A program made the position numbers and the translations under genes. Shown in pieces: positions 7,779-16,773 of a stretch of 39,338 nt of DNA. The stretch lies in IMG/VR virus record IMGVR_UViG_3300034684_000358, positions 1 to 39,338 of that record, one strand, 5' to 3'. Every line of letters starts with the position of its first letter. The stretch's first letter is position 1. This DNA is from a virus. The notes under the pieces were generated by a model. The model made no database searches and was not told where the DNA came from. It worked only from the letters and a program-made list of their open reading frames with translations.

Positions 7779-7982
7779 ATGAAACCAGGAATTAAAACAA
7801 CCGAATTTTGGATGGCCGCAATTGCTCAGGTTGTGGGCATTCTAGCTTTGTTTGGTGTGGTCGAGCCGGCCAAATCAAGTTTGATTGTGGAGGCTGTCCA
7901 GCAAATTGCCGGCGGCCTAATTATGGGCCTCTCTGCTTTGGGGTATAGTATCAGCAGAGGACAGGCCAAGAAAGGTGGGTGA
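7779..7982 (+). CDS. Small two-TMD membrane protein, holin-like, 67 aa
   Basis: ATG 7779 follows AAAAGGAGG. Hydrophobic segments FWMAAIAQVVGILALFGVV and IAGGLIMGLSALGY, with a basic C-terminus. Adjacent to the M15 peptidase. Confidence 0.55.
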   Translation: MKPGIKTTEFWMAAIAQVVGILALFGVVEPAKSSLIVEAVQQIAGGLIMGLSALGYSISRGQAKKGG

Positions 7983-8055
7983 TGCCTATGGGAGATTGAT
8001 GTAAAATTTATTTAGGAGCGGGCCAAACCTGCTCATGGTGCAACCTCGCCAGACC

Positions 8056-8081
8056 AGGCTGGCCCCGATGAGGGCCAGCCT
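8056..8081 (+). promoter_or_regulatory. GC-rich stem-loop AGGCTGGCCC-CGATGA-GGGCCAGCCT
   Basis: 10-bp perfect stem downstream of the holin-like gene. No clear U-tract. Confidence 0.55.
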
Positions 8082-8100
8082 CTCTCCAGGAGATGATATT

Positions 8101-8307
8101 ATGCAGGTAACAGACTTAAAACCTTTATACGGGGAGGATAAGCTGGACGCCCTGCAGCTAAATGTGGCAAGGTTTAATGCAGGTAATCAGAATGGGCAGC
8201 CTAAAAAGAAGAGGCAGAAAAAGGAAGATATTTGGGAAGAGAAGATTGCCGACATTCTGGCTAATCTGAATCTGGAGGAATTTGCAGATGATAGTGAGGG
8301 AGATTGA
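8101..8307 (+). CDS. Hypothetical protein, 68 aa
   Basis: ATG 8101 follows CCAGGAGATGATATT. Track start 8035 would place the stem-loop inside the ORF and lacks a well-spaced SD. Confidence 0.6.
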   Translation: MQVTDLKPLYGEDKLDALQLNVARFNAGNQNGQPKKKRQKKEDIWEEKIADILANLNLEEFADDSEGD

Positions 8308-9601
8308 TCCGGATAAGGTGGTTATCAAAAACAGGCAGAGAAGTGAGCTGGGCTCCCTTGAATCCCTCAAGGATAGCATCAAAAAATTCGGCCAGCTTCA
8401 TCCAATCACAGTTAGGAAGGATGGAGACGATTTAGTATTGGTTAGTGGTGAGAGGAGATTGAGAGCCTGCCAGCAACTAAACATTCCAGTTAAATATGTT
8501 TTGCGAAGCGAGCTGACTGAGCTGGAAGCTTTGATTTTGGAATTGAGGGAGAATACAGACAGGAAGGAATTATCTCCTGCTGAAAGGGCTTTGGCAATTA
8601 AGGATGCGCATGAGAGGCTGTGCAAATTCCACGCAAAAAGACCAAAACCCTGGACTCAATCTGATACGGCAAAGGAGCTGGGATTATCAGATGCTTCTGT
8701 CAGTGATGCCCTTTCAATAGCTGAAGAAGTAAATATCCTCTCCAATACAGGATTGGACCCCACCAAGATGACCCAAACCGCGCTGAGGGCAGCTGCTCGA
8801 AGAACCAGCAAGGTACAGAGGCTGTTGAAAGACGTGGAGAAGGCTGTTGTAAATACAGCTGGTGTGGATGTGCTATTGGATAGGGTAAAGATGATTTGCG
8901 GGGATATTTTTGATGAGAATTTGCAACTGCCTTTTGGGGAATTTGATTTGGTTTTGACAGATCCACCTTGGAAGATTGATTATAAAAAGCAATCCCTCTC
9001 CCGCACAATCGGCAAGCAATTTGATACCCACTATGAGGATGATATAATTGATGTGCAGCGAGAGGCTCAGATGTTCCACATCTTTTATAGGCTGCTTAAT
9101 AAAGATGGGATATTATTAACATTTTGCAGTGTCCAGTCATTTGCAAGCTGGATGTTGTTTGCCAAATCAGCTGGTTTTGAGCGAATATATACTGCCCCAA
9201 TTATTTGGATTAAGGGAGATGTTGGCACTCAGCCTAATCCAGAATTATATCCCGGCAATGCGGCTGAATTTATTTTGCTAGCTCATAAGGGATGTGATAG
9301 TAGATTGCAGATTGCAGGCCGCCCCAATCACTTCACCGCAAAACCTCTCTCAATTGAAGAAAGAATTCATCCGTCTGAGAAGCCAGAAGCTGTTTTCATG
9401 TGGCTGCTGGAATTAGCCTGCCCTATTGGAGGTAGTATGATTGATCCTTTTATGGGGAGTGGAGCCTCGCTAAGGGCAGCTTTTGATTATGGATGTGGCA
9501 AAATTTATGGGGTTGATATAAACAAGAATACAGTAGATTTGGCTTGGGCGAAGATGGTTAGTAAGGTAGAAGGAGGAGGAGAAGATGAGCTTCCTACTTA
9601 A
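8288..9601 (+). CDS. ParB-like nuclease domain fused to a DNA (amino) methyltransferase
   Basis: N-terminal GQLHPITVRKDGDDLVLVSGERRLRA (ParB/Srx fold). MTase motif IV LTDPPW precedes HPSEKP and motif I DPFMGSGASLRAA (beta-class order). ATG 8288 lies 9 nt after GGAGG. Confidence 0.88.
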   Translation: MIVREIDPDKVVIKNRQRSELGSLESLKDSIKKFGQLHPITVRKDGDDLVLVSGERRLRACQQLNIPVKYVLRSELTELEALILELRENTDRKELSPAERALAIKDAHERLCKFHAKRPKPWTQSDTAKELGLSDASVSDALSIAEEVNILSNTGLDPTKMTQTALRAAARRTSKVQRLLKDVEKAVVNTAGVDVLLDRVKMICGDIFDENLQLPFGEFDLVLTDPPWKIDYKKQSLSRTIGKQFDTHYEDDIIDVQREAQMFHIFYRLLNKDGILLTFCSVQSFASWMLFAKSAGFERIYTAPIIWIKGDVGTQPNPELYPGNAAEFILLAHKGCDSRLQIAGRPNHFTAKPLSIEERIHPSEKPEAVFMWLLELACPIGGSMIDPFMGSGASLRAAFDYGCGKIYGVDINKNTVDLAWAKMVSKVEGGGEDELPT

Positions 9602-9718
9602 TGCAATCGAGGTTTTCTTCCTCAACATCGCAGGAGGATTGGTTATTACAATCTTCCTGGTTGCTATTATTGCAATTTATGGCCTTGTTGTTAGCTGGAA
9701 GGAGAGAGTAGATGAGTA
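9584..9718 (+). CDS. Small single-TMD membrane peptide, 44 aa; not in the ORF track
   Basis: ATG 9584 follows AGGAGGAGGAG. Product is MSFLLNAIEVFFLNIAGGLVITIFLVAIIAIYGLVVSWKERVDE. It overlaps both the MTase stop and the polymerase start. Confidence 0.55.
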
Positions 9719-12042
9719 GAGAAATACCTCCCATCGGCACGATGGTAAAAGTTCCTGACGTGCATGGCAGAATATATATTGTGGGCGAAGCTCCTGGGGC
9801 GGATGAGGATAGGATTGGTATGCCTTTTGTGGGAGCTTCTGGCAGATTGCTGATGAGTATGCTGGCAACAGCTGGTATATATAGGAATCATGTGAGGATT
9901 GCAAATGCCTGTTATGTGAGGCCGCCCAAAAATGATTTAACCAAATTGCCTGAAGTAACAAAACTGACATACAGGGAGCTGCTGAAAAAAGATATTGCCA
10001 GTTTGAATCCTGATTTGGTTATAGCTGTCGGCGCCTATGCACTGGAAGTTTTGACTGGCCTGTCACCCATCTCCTCTTACAGAGGCACAATTACCCAATG
10101 CAGCTTCGCCCCCATCCCTGTATTGCCAATATATCATCCAGCAGCAATTCTGCGGAATTGGGATATGTATGTGCCTACAGTTATGGACATTAAAAAGGCT
10201 GCCCGCATTTCCCTAAATCCGCAAAAACATCTTTCTCCTCAACAGGAAAATTTCAAATTGTATTGCACCCCAGAAGATTTTGTAAATGTTTTGAGGAGCA
10301 TCCCCTCCCATCAGCCTGTCGCTGTGGATATTGAAACCCGCCCTAAGGATCACGTTATTACATTTATTGGTGTGGCTTGGGGAGAGAATGATGCTGCAAA
10401 CATCTTCATCCCCTCTTGGCAGCCAGAAACTGTGGTGCCCGTCCTGAATGAGCTGGAATCCCTCGGACGCAGGTGCCAGATAATTTATCACAATGCTGTT
10501 TATGATATGACGTGGCTATATATGATGCTCCACACCTGGGTGCCAGCAAGCTGGGACACCATGGCAATGCACCACACCCTCCAACCTGAAGAGGAGAAAT
10601 CTCTCAAATACTGCGCCTCAATTTATTTGGATCTGCCAGCGTGGAAGCATCAAGCTGGAGACAACTTAGCCTTATATAATGCGAGAGACTGTGCAGCTAC
10701 TTATGCATTGCAAAGGGTGCTGGAAACTTCACTGCGTGAAGAAAAGTTATTGGACTTCTACCTGAACATGGTTCATCCTCGAATTGAGCCTGTTGTCTTT
10801 ATGGGATGTAGGGGATTGAGGGTTGATGAGGATATGCGCCAAAAAATGCTGAATGAGCTGCTGGCAGAAAAGGAAGCTTATGAGGCAATTGTGAGCGCAT
10901 ATAATATCAATCCAAAATCACCTGCTCAGTTACAGCAGCTATTATATGATCAATTCAAATTACCTGTGCAAAGGAATAAGAAGACTAAAAAACCTACCAC
11001 AGATGCAAAGGCAATTAAGAAGCTATCAAAAATTGCGACGGGGGAAGCTAAGATATTTTTAGATGCTTTTATGAAGTGGAAGAAATTGGAAAGCAGCTTA
11101 AGTAAAGATGTTGGTGTGGAGCCTGATCCCACAACAGGATGTGTCCATTGTGGGTATAATATATGCGGAACAGAAACAGGGAGGTTTTCATCCAGCTCTA
11201 ATGCGTGGGATAGTGGCACCAATCTACAAAATAGGCAGAAGAAATACAGGGCAATGTTTGTCCCACATAAAGAGGGAAATGTGTTTGTTGCCTGTGATAG
11301 TGTGCAGGCAGAGGCTTATGTAGTTGCCTGGATTGCAGATGATGAAAATTTAATTGAAGCCTTCCTATCTGGAAAAGATTTGCATGTATATACAGCCGCA
11401 CAAATGTATGGTGTGCCAGAATCTGCCGTAACAAAGGAGATGCGTACAATAGGTAAGAGGATTAGGCATGCCTGCAACTATTCAATGAGCAAGGTTACCC
11501 TAGCTGAAATTATGGAAATAAGCCAGGCGGAAGCAGCTGAATTGATTGAAAGATACCACATGACAAATCCCGCACTGAGGAAGGTTTATTTTCCAAATAT
11601 AGACAGGTTGCTGCAGCAACAAGGATATTTGATAACACCATTGGGGAGGAGGAGGATATTTAATGGCAGGCCAGGTGATGCAAAAACATCTAGAGAGGCT
11701 TACGCATTTATTCCGCAGAGTACTGTGGGAGATTTGGTTATCAGAGCTTTGTACCACTTCTATCAATATACAAAAAACAGCCCGATCGCCTTAGCTGTAC
11801 AAATTCATGATGAAAATATATTTGAGACCCCCATTGAATTGGCAAGGGAAGCTGCTCTCAAATTGAAGGAATTGATGGAATATAAGATGGAAATAACCAC
11901 CTTCACAGGCAAAACACGGGAGCTGGTAATCCCCTGCGATTTCAAAACTGGGTATAATTTAGGCCCCTATGATGAGAAGACCAACCCAAGAGGATTGCGC
12001 CCATGGAATCCAGTCGTGGAGGACCCTGCAGATGTCCTATGA
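9712..12042 (+). CDS. Family-A DNA polymerase with 3'-5' exonuclease and an N-terminal UDG-superfamily (family-4-like) domain
   Basis: UDG motifs GEAPGADED, FVGASGRLL, IYHPAAILR. Exo I VAVDIET, Exo II HNAVYDMTWL, Exo III YNARDCAATYAL. Pol motif A VACDSVQAEAYV, O-helix RTIGKRIRHACNYSMS, motif C VQIHDEN. Confidence 0.93.
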   Translation: MSREIPPIGTMVKVPDVHGRIYIVGEAPGADEDRIGMPFVGASGRLLMSMLATAGIYRNHVRIANACYVRPPKNDLTKLPEVTKLTYRELLKKDIASLNPDLVIAVGAYALEVLTGLSPISSYRGTITQCSFAPIPVLPIYHPAAILRNWDMYVPTVMDIKKAARISLNPQKHLSPQQENFKLYCTPEDFVNVLRSIPSHQPVAVDIETRPKDHVITFIGVAWGENDAANIFIPSWQPETVVPVLNELESLGRRCQIIYHNAVYDMTWLYMMLHTWVPASWDTMAMHHTLQPEEEKSLKYCASIYLDLPAWKHQAGDNLALYNARDCAATYALQRVLETSLREEKLLDFYLNMVHPRIEPVVFMGCRGLRVDEDMRQKMLNELLAEKEAYEAIVSAYNINPKSPAQLQQLLYDQFKLPVQRNKKTKKPTTDAKAIKKLSKIATGEAKIFLDAFMKWKKLESSLSKDVGVEPDPTTGCVHCGYNICGTETGRFSSSSNAWDSGTNLQNRQKKYRAMFVPHKEGNVFVACDSVQAEAYVVAWIADDENLIEAFLSGKDLHVYTAAQMYGVPESAVTKEMRTIGKRIRHACNYSMSKVTLAEIMEISQAEAAELIERYHMTNPALRKVYFPNIDRLLQQQGYLITPLGRRRIFNGRPGDAKTSREAYAFIPQSTVGDLVIRALYHFYQYTKNSPIALAVQIHDENIFETPIELAREAALKLKELMEYKMEITTFTGKTRELVIPCDFKTGYNLGPYDEKTNPRGLRPWNPVVEDPADVL

Positions 12043-13219
12043 GCCGGCATTTATTAGGCGATATTTGCAATACACAGAAAATACAGAACCAGCAGAAGTA
12101 TTTAGGAGATGGGTGGCGATCTCCCTTGTTGCCGCAGCTGCAGAAAGAAAGCTGTGGGTTTGGTATGGAGCTTACAAAGTTTGCCTCCACCAATTCATCA
12201 TGTTGGCAGGCCCAAGTGGTGCCAGAAAAACAACTGCGATTGATGATGGAGTCGCTTTGCTGGATGGATTGGAGGTGAAAACAAGTGCAGATAGTATTAC
12301 CAGAGAATCTCTTATGTTGGAGATGCAAGACTCCTTGAAGGAGTCTGAAATACCTGGAGCAAAGGAGCCTCTCAAACATAACAGCTTATTTGCAATAGCA
12401 AGAGAGTTTTTCTCCTTCTTCAGGAGTCAGGACGCGGATTTTTTGAGATGGTTGGTGGGGATTTATGATGGCAAACATGGGGTGTGGACCTATAAAACAA
12501 AACATGGCGATCCCTGTGCCTTAATAAACCCCTGCCTGAATTTTTTGGCAGCAACCACAACAGAGGGATTGGGGGAATCAATCCCCCAATCTGCAATCGG
12601 GAGCGGATTTACAGCTCGCATCCACTTCATATATGCCCCGCACAGGGAGAAATCCTGCGATTTCCCCCAATCTGATCCTTCTCTAGCTGCAGTTAAGAAT
12701 GAGTTGAAGGGATTCCTAAATGCAATAAACCAAAGATGTGGAGAAATAAATTGGACCAGCGAGGCAAAGGAGTATTACTCCAATTGGTATAAAAATTTCA
12801 AGGTGCCAGATGATTTGGATCCATCAATTAGGAGCTGGTATGAAAGGTATTCGAATTTTATCATCAGATTGGCAGGCATCTCTTGCATCGCAGATGCCAG
12901 AAAATCCCTTCTGATTGATAAGAAGGATATATTATGGGCAAAACAGCAATTGGACAGAATAGCCGCCACAATGCCTATTGTATTTTCATCCTTGGGACAA
13001 AGCAGGATTGCTGGAGTGCAGAAGGAGATATTGGATTTTATAAAGGCAGCAGGCCCAAGCGGAGTAGCAAGAGGCTCTATAACGGCCAGGTTCCTGCCGA
13101 ATATAGAACCAAATTACCTAGACTCTCTCCTCAGGGAATTGCTAACTTCCAGAGTAGTTCTGCAATTAAACGAAGCAGGCACTTTGAGATACATATGGAA
13201 TCCAAAGCACGGTGGCTAG
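12032..13219 (+). CDS. P-loop NTPase, putative SF3-type replicative helicase (VirE/DUF3987/D5-like)
   Basis: Walker A MLAGPSGARKTTAI. A downstream W.YKTKHG......NPCLNFLAATT segment resembles the VirE/D5 C-terminal pattern. ATG 12032 follows GTGGAGGA and overlaps the polymerase stop. Confidence 0.5.
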   Translation: MSYEPAFIRRYLQYTENTEPAEVFRRWVAISLVAAAAERKLWVWYGAYKVCLHQFIMLAGPSGARKTTAIDDGVALLDGLEVKTSADSITRESLMLEMQDSLKESEIPGAKEPLKHNSLFAIAREFFSFFRSQDADFLRWLVGIYDGKHGVWTYKTKHGDPCALINPCLNFLAATTTEGLGESIPQSAIGSGFTARIHFIYAPHREKSCDFPQSDPSLAAVKNELKGFLNAINQRCGEINWTSEAKEYYSNWYKNFKVPDDLDPSIRSWYERYSNFIIRLAGISCIADARKSLLIDKKDILWAKQQLDRIAATMPIVFSSLGQSRIAGVQKEILDFIKAAGPSGVARGSITARFLPNIEPNYLDSLLRELLTSRVVLQLNEAGTLRYIWNPKHGG

Positions 13220-13467
13220 CCAGGGTGTGGTCTGAGGTAGTTAATGCTCCCTTCAAAAGAGGGGAGCAGAAGCTGGCTGCTGCCGTTTTGGATGGGTGTT
13301 TGGCGGATTTATTAAAAGGAGATGTAAGCCAACTGGAGTTTTTGTATGATGAAGAATTTGACTTGTGGTGCAATTGGCTTAATATAGAGGCAGATGATGT
13401 GAGGTGTTTAATGCTTACAATTTATTCAGAAAGGGAGGAATTGCTATGCAGATCAGAGAAAAATTGA
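13195..13467 (+). CDS. Hypothetical protein, up to 90 aa; start uncertain
   Basis: Fills an otherwise empty 226-nt gap. ATG 13195 has no clear SD; the alternative is GTG 13225. Confidence 0.45.
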   Translation: MESKARWLARVWSEVVNAPFKRGEQKLAAAVLDGCLADLLKGDVSQLEFLYDEEFDLWCNWLNIEADDVRCLMLTIYSEREELLCRSEKN

Positions 13468-13802
13468 TGGAGCTGGAAAAGTACAATCTGGAAGCCAGTG
13501 ATGGCTTCTTCGGATGCAGATTCCGAAAACTCACTCCGAAGGAGCTGGAGCAAATCATGAGCCGCCACGTGGCTGAGTATTATGACACATTTAGAATGGC
13601 CCTTCCTTGGTGGGAGAGGTTGACTGATGGGTATAAGAATGCCGCAATAATTATGGCACACTATTTTGGAATTGATGAGATTTTTAAGAAGAAAGATTTG
13701 CTGCTGAATTTGAGAGATCAGGATAAGGATGCTTTGCTGGATAAGGTGGGAGGTTTTATGCCAAAGGATTATGTGGATGAGATTGCCAGACAGATTAGCT
13801 AA
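13446..13802 (+). CDS. Hypothetical protein, 118 aa; last gene of the plus arm
   Basis: ATG 13446 lies 7 nt after GGGAGG and is preferred to track start 13404. Confidence 0.75.
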   Translation: MQIREKLMELEKYNLEASDGFFGCRFRKLTPKELEQIMSRHVAEYYDTFRMALPWWERLTDGYKNAAIIMAHYFGIDEIFKKKDLLLNLRDQDKDALLDKVGGFMPKDYVDEIARQIS

Positions 13803-13806
13803 ATAA

Positions 13807-13833
13807 AGAGGGAGCTGCAAAACAGCTCCCTTT
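13807..13833. terminator. Bidirectional rho-independent terminator between the convergent arms
   Basis: Stem GGGAGCTG (13810..13817) / CAGCTCCC (13823..13830) with A-rich 5' and T-rich 3' flanks, so a U-tract is present on both strands. Confidence 0.8.
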
Positions 13834-13835
13834 AA

Positions 13836-16772
13836 TTATTTAATGCCCCTTCTAACTTCCTTCCTCAACCTGAGGATTTCGTCAATCTCCTTCTGCTTCT
13901 CCTTCTTAATATCCACAACCTCCTTCTGCATAATCTTTTTATAAGAAGGAGCTGTACTTCTCCTAGCCCTAGCCTTCCTTACATTCATCTCATCCTTCAT
14001 CGTTGCCATAATTTTTGCAATCTTCCTCTCATAATCATAATCAGGCAACACCCTTTGGATTGTGGGAAGGAAGGCATCCCAAACAGCTTCCCAAGTTTGG
14101 ATGGGCGTGCTATCTGGATGACTCCCTGTTGTATTATACCACATAATTAGAGGATCTGGCAACATATCCTTCTGCGCCATAACATGCCAAGCCTTCCTCG
14201 GAAGAGGGGATGGGAGTGTTTTAAGGAGCGCTTTCGTTGCTGTAATAGGCGCATCTGTAGATGGGTCCCTTCCTGAAATTAGAGAGTAGGCAAATTGAAA
14301 AACAGGATTTTGCAACACCAATGCAATTGCCGGAGGCAACTGCTCATTAGAAGCCATTGAGATGGGCAGGTTTGTTGGCAGAAAGCTAGTGGAAAACATC
14401 CCCCACGGGGTGCGGATATATTCTGCAAACATCCCACCCGGCATAGGCTTCTTCCAATCAGGAGCTACCTTCTTCTCATACTCCTTCCCCTTCCTCCACT
14501 TCTTCTCTCCATAACTATCAATAAAGCCTGCCATCTGCAAAGCATCCACCAGGCCCATCACAGCCAACAATCTGTGAGGATTTGCGGCTAGTGTGGGGAG
14601 AGTGTTCTCTAAAAACCTATAATAGAAGCTGATGAAGGGCATTGCTGTATCCCGCAAAAATTGTATTTTGTGAGGAAGGAGCTCAGATGTGATGAACACC
14701 CTATTAGCTTCAGCAACAGCTTTCTCAAGTGGAGCTCCCTTATCAATCAGCCTCTTAATTAAACCAGCCTTAAATAATTTATCAATCCCAGCATACATAT
14801 TGATGCCGGCATTAGACAGCTTCTCCAAGTAGGCTGCCAAATTAAGCGAATCGGGGATAAATCCTCGCTTTTTGGGAATCCTAATTTTCCTGGCTATATC
14901 CATCCCATGCGAATCGATGGTAATGCCCACTTCTTCCAACATCTTCCTAAATGCAGGATCCCTCACAGATTTAATTCCATTCGCAATAATTGAGATGGGA
15001 TTATATCCATGCATATAAGAGAGGGCCATATTTCCCAAAAACGCATTCCTATAACTAGCCTCATTATATCCCAAATACACCTTCTTGAAGGTGTTATTAA
15101 AATTCCTCAAAGCATTTATGACTGGGCCAGAAGATGGCGTTCGAACGGCCCTATAATTTTTAAGCGCCTCAGCCACATCTGGCCGCACCCACATCCCATT
15201 TAGCTTCCCATGCGCTCTAAATCCACCTGGCAAATACTCATTTTTTACCTGCGCCCAGCCCAGCTCTTTCGCCTTTGCGGCGTCCTTGATTGCCAGCTCA
15301 GGATTTTCAGCTATCGTTTTGAACAATTTGGCTTCAGAGAGGATTTTGGCGTGTTCCTGCCCAAGGCGAGCTAGCCCATGCAGGATATCCCAATTCCTCC
15401 CTAACTTCTCCATCTCCTCATATGTATAATCCCTCCACAAAATCTTCCCTTGCTTCGCTGTGGTGCTTTTAATAACCGTCCAGGTGTGTTTGCCGTCAGA
15501 TATAGTATCTCCAATATTGAAATCCTTAGGCTTCAGTCCATAAGGATTTTTCTTCTCATTTTTGAGGAAGTCAGACAGCCTTTTGGTAACGCCTCTCTTT
15601 TTGGTGGAAGCTCCGACAAACTCCAGCACCTTCTTCTTGGCTTGCTTCTGCACATCTCCAGTCAAATCTATCACATCTTCTTGCTTTGGTGAATATGTCC
15701 TGGGCAGATATCCTGTAACAGAATCAATCACATCCTGCAAAAATTTATCCGGCGGTGTCCTCTCAGGATCCAAAGCGCCCAGCTCAATTAGTTTGCTACG
15801 CAAATTAGCTGTTGTTTCCACAATCCTTCTGGCATATCTAGCTGCTTCCGAATCCAACTCACTCGCATTAACAAACCCCTCAATCGCTTTCCCCAGCACC
15901 TCCCGCTCATCTTCTCTAAATTTAGCACCAATTTTAAGCAGCTCATTTACATCAGCTAGAGCCTTATACCTAAGTTGCTCTGCCTCACTGGCAATAGGCT
16001 TTAGAATAGGACCCAGCCCACCAAGAGCTTTCTGCTCTGCAATGTCCCAGTATTTTTTGATTATTTGGGCAAATTGCTCGCCCTTCGCAGCTCCCAATGC
16101 AGAGATAGCTAATCCAGCAGCCGCGCCAGCAGGGCTGAATAAAACATCTGGATCATCCTCTAGCCACACCCCTCCAATCACACCACCACTCAGGGCACCA
16201 ACCAAAGCTCTTTCTGCAAATCTCGCCATGGAAGGATGGGCCTTCAAAACATCTGCTGTCTCAACATCAGCCACCTTCATCGCACTAACCTGCCCTACCC
16301 TCCTGACTGGCAGAGCAGCTCCCAATCCCCCTCCCAGAACAGCACCAATTCCACCATTCACAATCCTATCGATAGCTGCTAAATCAGGATCTCCTAATAG
16401 AGCTCCTGTAGTGCCCCCCATCAGCCCGCCAATAATAGATGAAGCTAACCTACCTCCTCCTAAAAAGGAGGCTGCTCCCAACTCAGCTGCACCAAGCGGA
16501 GCATAGGGGATGAAGCTGCCCAAAACAGACCCCAACTTAGCCATTCCTTCCAGCTGTTTGGGGCTGCCCTTAAATTCTTCATACAATTGTCTTGCAGCTT
16601 CCTTTTGATCAGGATCAATGGTGGAGATGATTTTCCCGAATCCTCCCACAATATCAGCTACACTTCCCCTAGCTCCCTGCAGCAAACCTTCTAAAAAGGA
16701 GGATGTCTTCTCCTCCTCATTGGCAGGCTTCTTATATCTCATCCAATCAGGTGCAAATATGGGATCAGCCAT
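13836..16772 (-). CDS. Large virion protein, 978 aa; internal/ejection-protein-like, with a Gly-rich hydrophobic N-terminal region
   Basis: ATG 16772 follows GGAGG, and the upstream stop is 1 nt away. Last and largest gene of the structural operon, as for T7-like internal core proteins. Contains GxxxG-rich segments (GGIGAVLGGGLGAAL). Confidence 0.6.
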   Translation of the reverse strand: MADPIFAPDWMRYKKPANEEEKTSSFLEGLLQGARGSVADIVGGFGKIISTIDPDQKEAARQLYEEFKGSPKQLEGMAKLGSVLGSFIPYAPLGAAELGAASFLGGGRLASSIIGGLMGGTTGALLGDPDLAAIDRIVNGGIGAVLGGGLGAALPVRRVGQVSAMKVADVETADVLKAHPSMARFAERALVGALSGGVIGGVWLEDDPDVLFSPAGAAAGLAISALGAAKGEQFAQIIKKYWDIAEQKALGGLGPILKPIASEAEQLRYKALADVNELLKIGAKFREDEREVLGKAIEGFVNASELDSEAARYARRIVETTANLRSKLIELGALDPERTPPDKFLQDVIDSVTGYLPRTYSPKQEDVIDLTGDVQKQAKKKVLEFVGASTKKRGVTKRLSDFLKNEKKNPYGLKPKDFNIGDTISDGKHTWTVIKSTTAKQGKILWRDYTYEEMEKLGRNWDILHGLARLGQEHAKILSEAKLFKTIAENPELAIKDAAKAKELGWAQVKNEYLPGGFRAHGKLNGMWVRPDVAEALKNYRAVRTPSSGPVINALRNFNNTFKKVYLGYNEASYRNAFLGNMALSYMHGYNPISIIANGIKSVRDPAFRKMLEEVGITIDSHGMDIARKIRIPKKRGFIPDSLNLAAYLEKLSNAGINMYAGIDKLFKAGLIKRLIDKGAPLEKAVAEANRVFITSELLPHKIQFLRDTAMPFISFYYRFLENTLPTLAANPHRLLAVMGLVDALQMAGFIDSYGEKKWRKGKEYEKKVAPDWKKPMPGGMFAEYIRTPWGMFSTSFLPTNLPISMASNEQLPPAIALVLQNPVFQFAYSLISGRDPSTDAPITATKALLKTLPSPLPRKAWHVMAQKDMLPDPLIMWYNTTGSHPDSTPIQTWEAVWDAFLPTIQRVLPDYDYERKIAKIMATMKDEMNVRKARARRSTAPSYKKIMQKEVVDIKKEKQKEIDEILRLRKEVRRGIK

Positions 16773-16773
16773 C

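Noticed and set aside
15562-16506. 314-aa plus-strand ORF, plus similar ones at 17219..17710, 17900..18439 and 18598..18972
   Set aside because: They are antisense to Gly/Ala-rich structural genes. Their products are Ser/Pro/Ala low-complexity sequences, none has an SD, and they would run against the operon direction.
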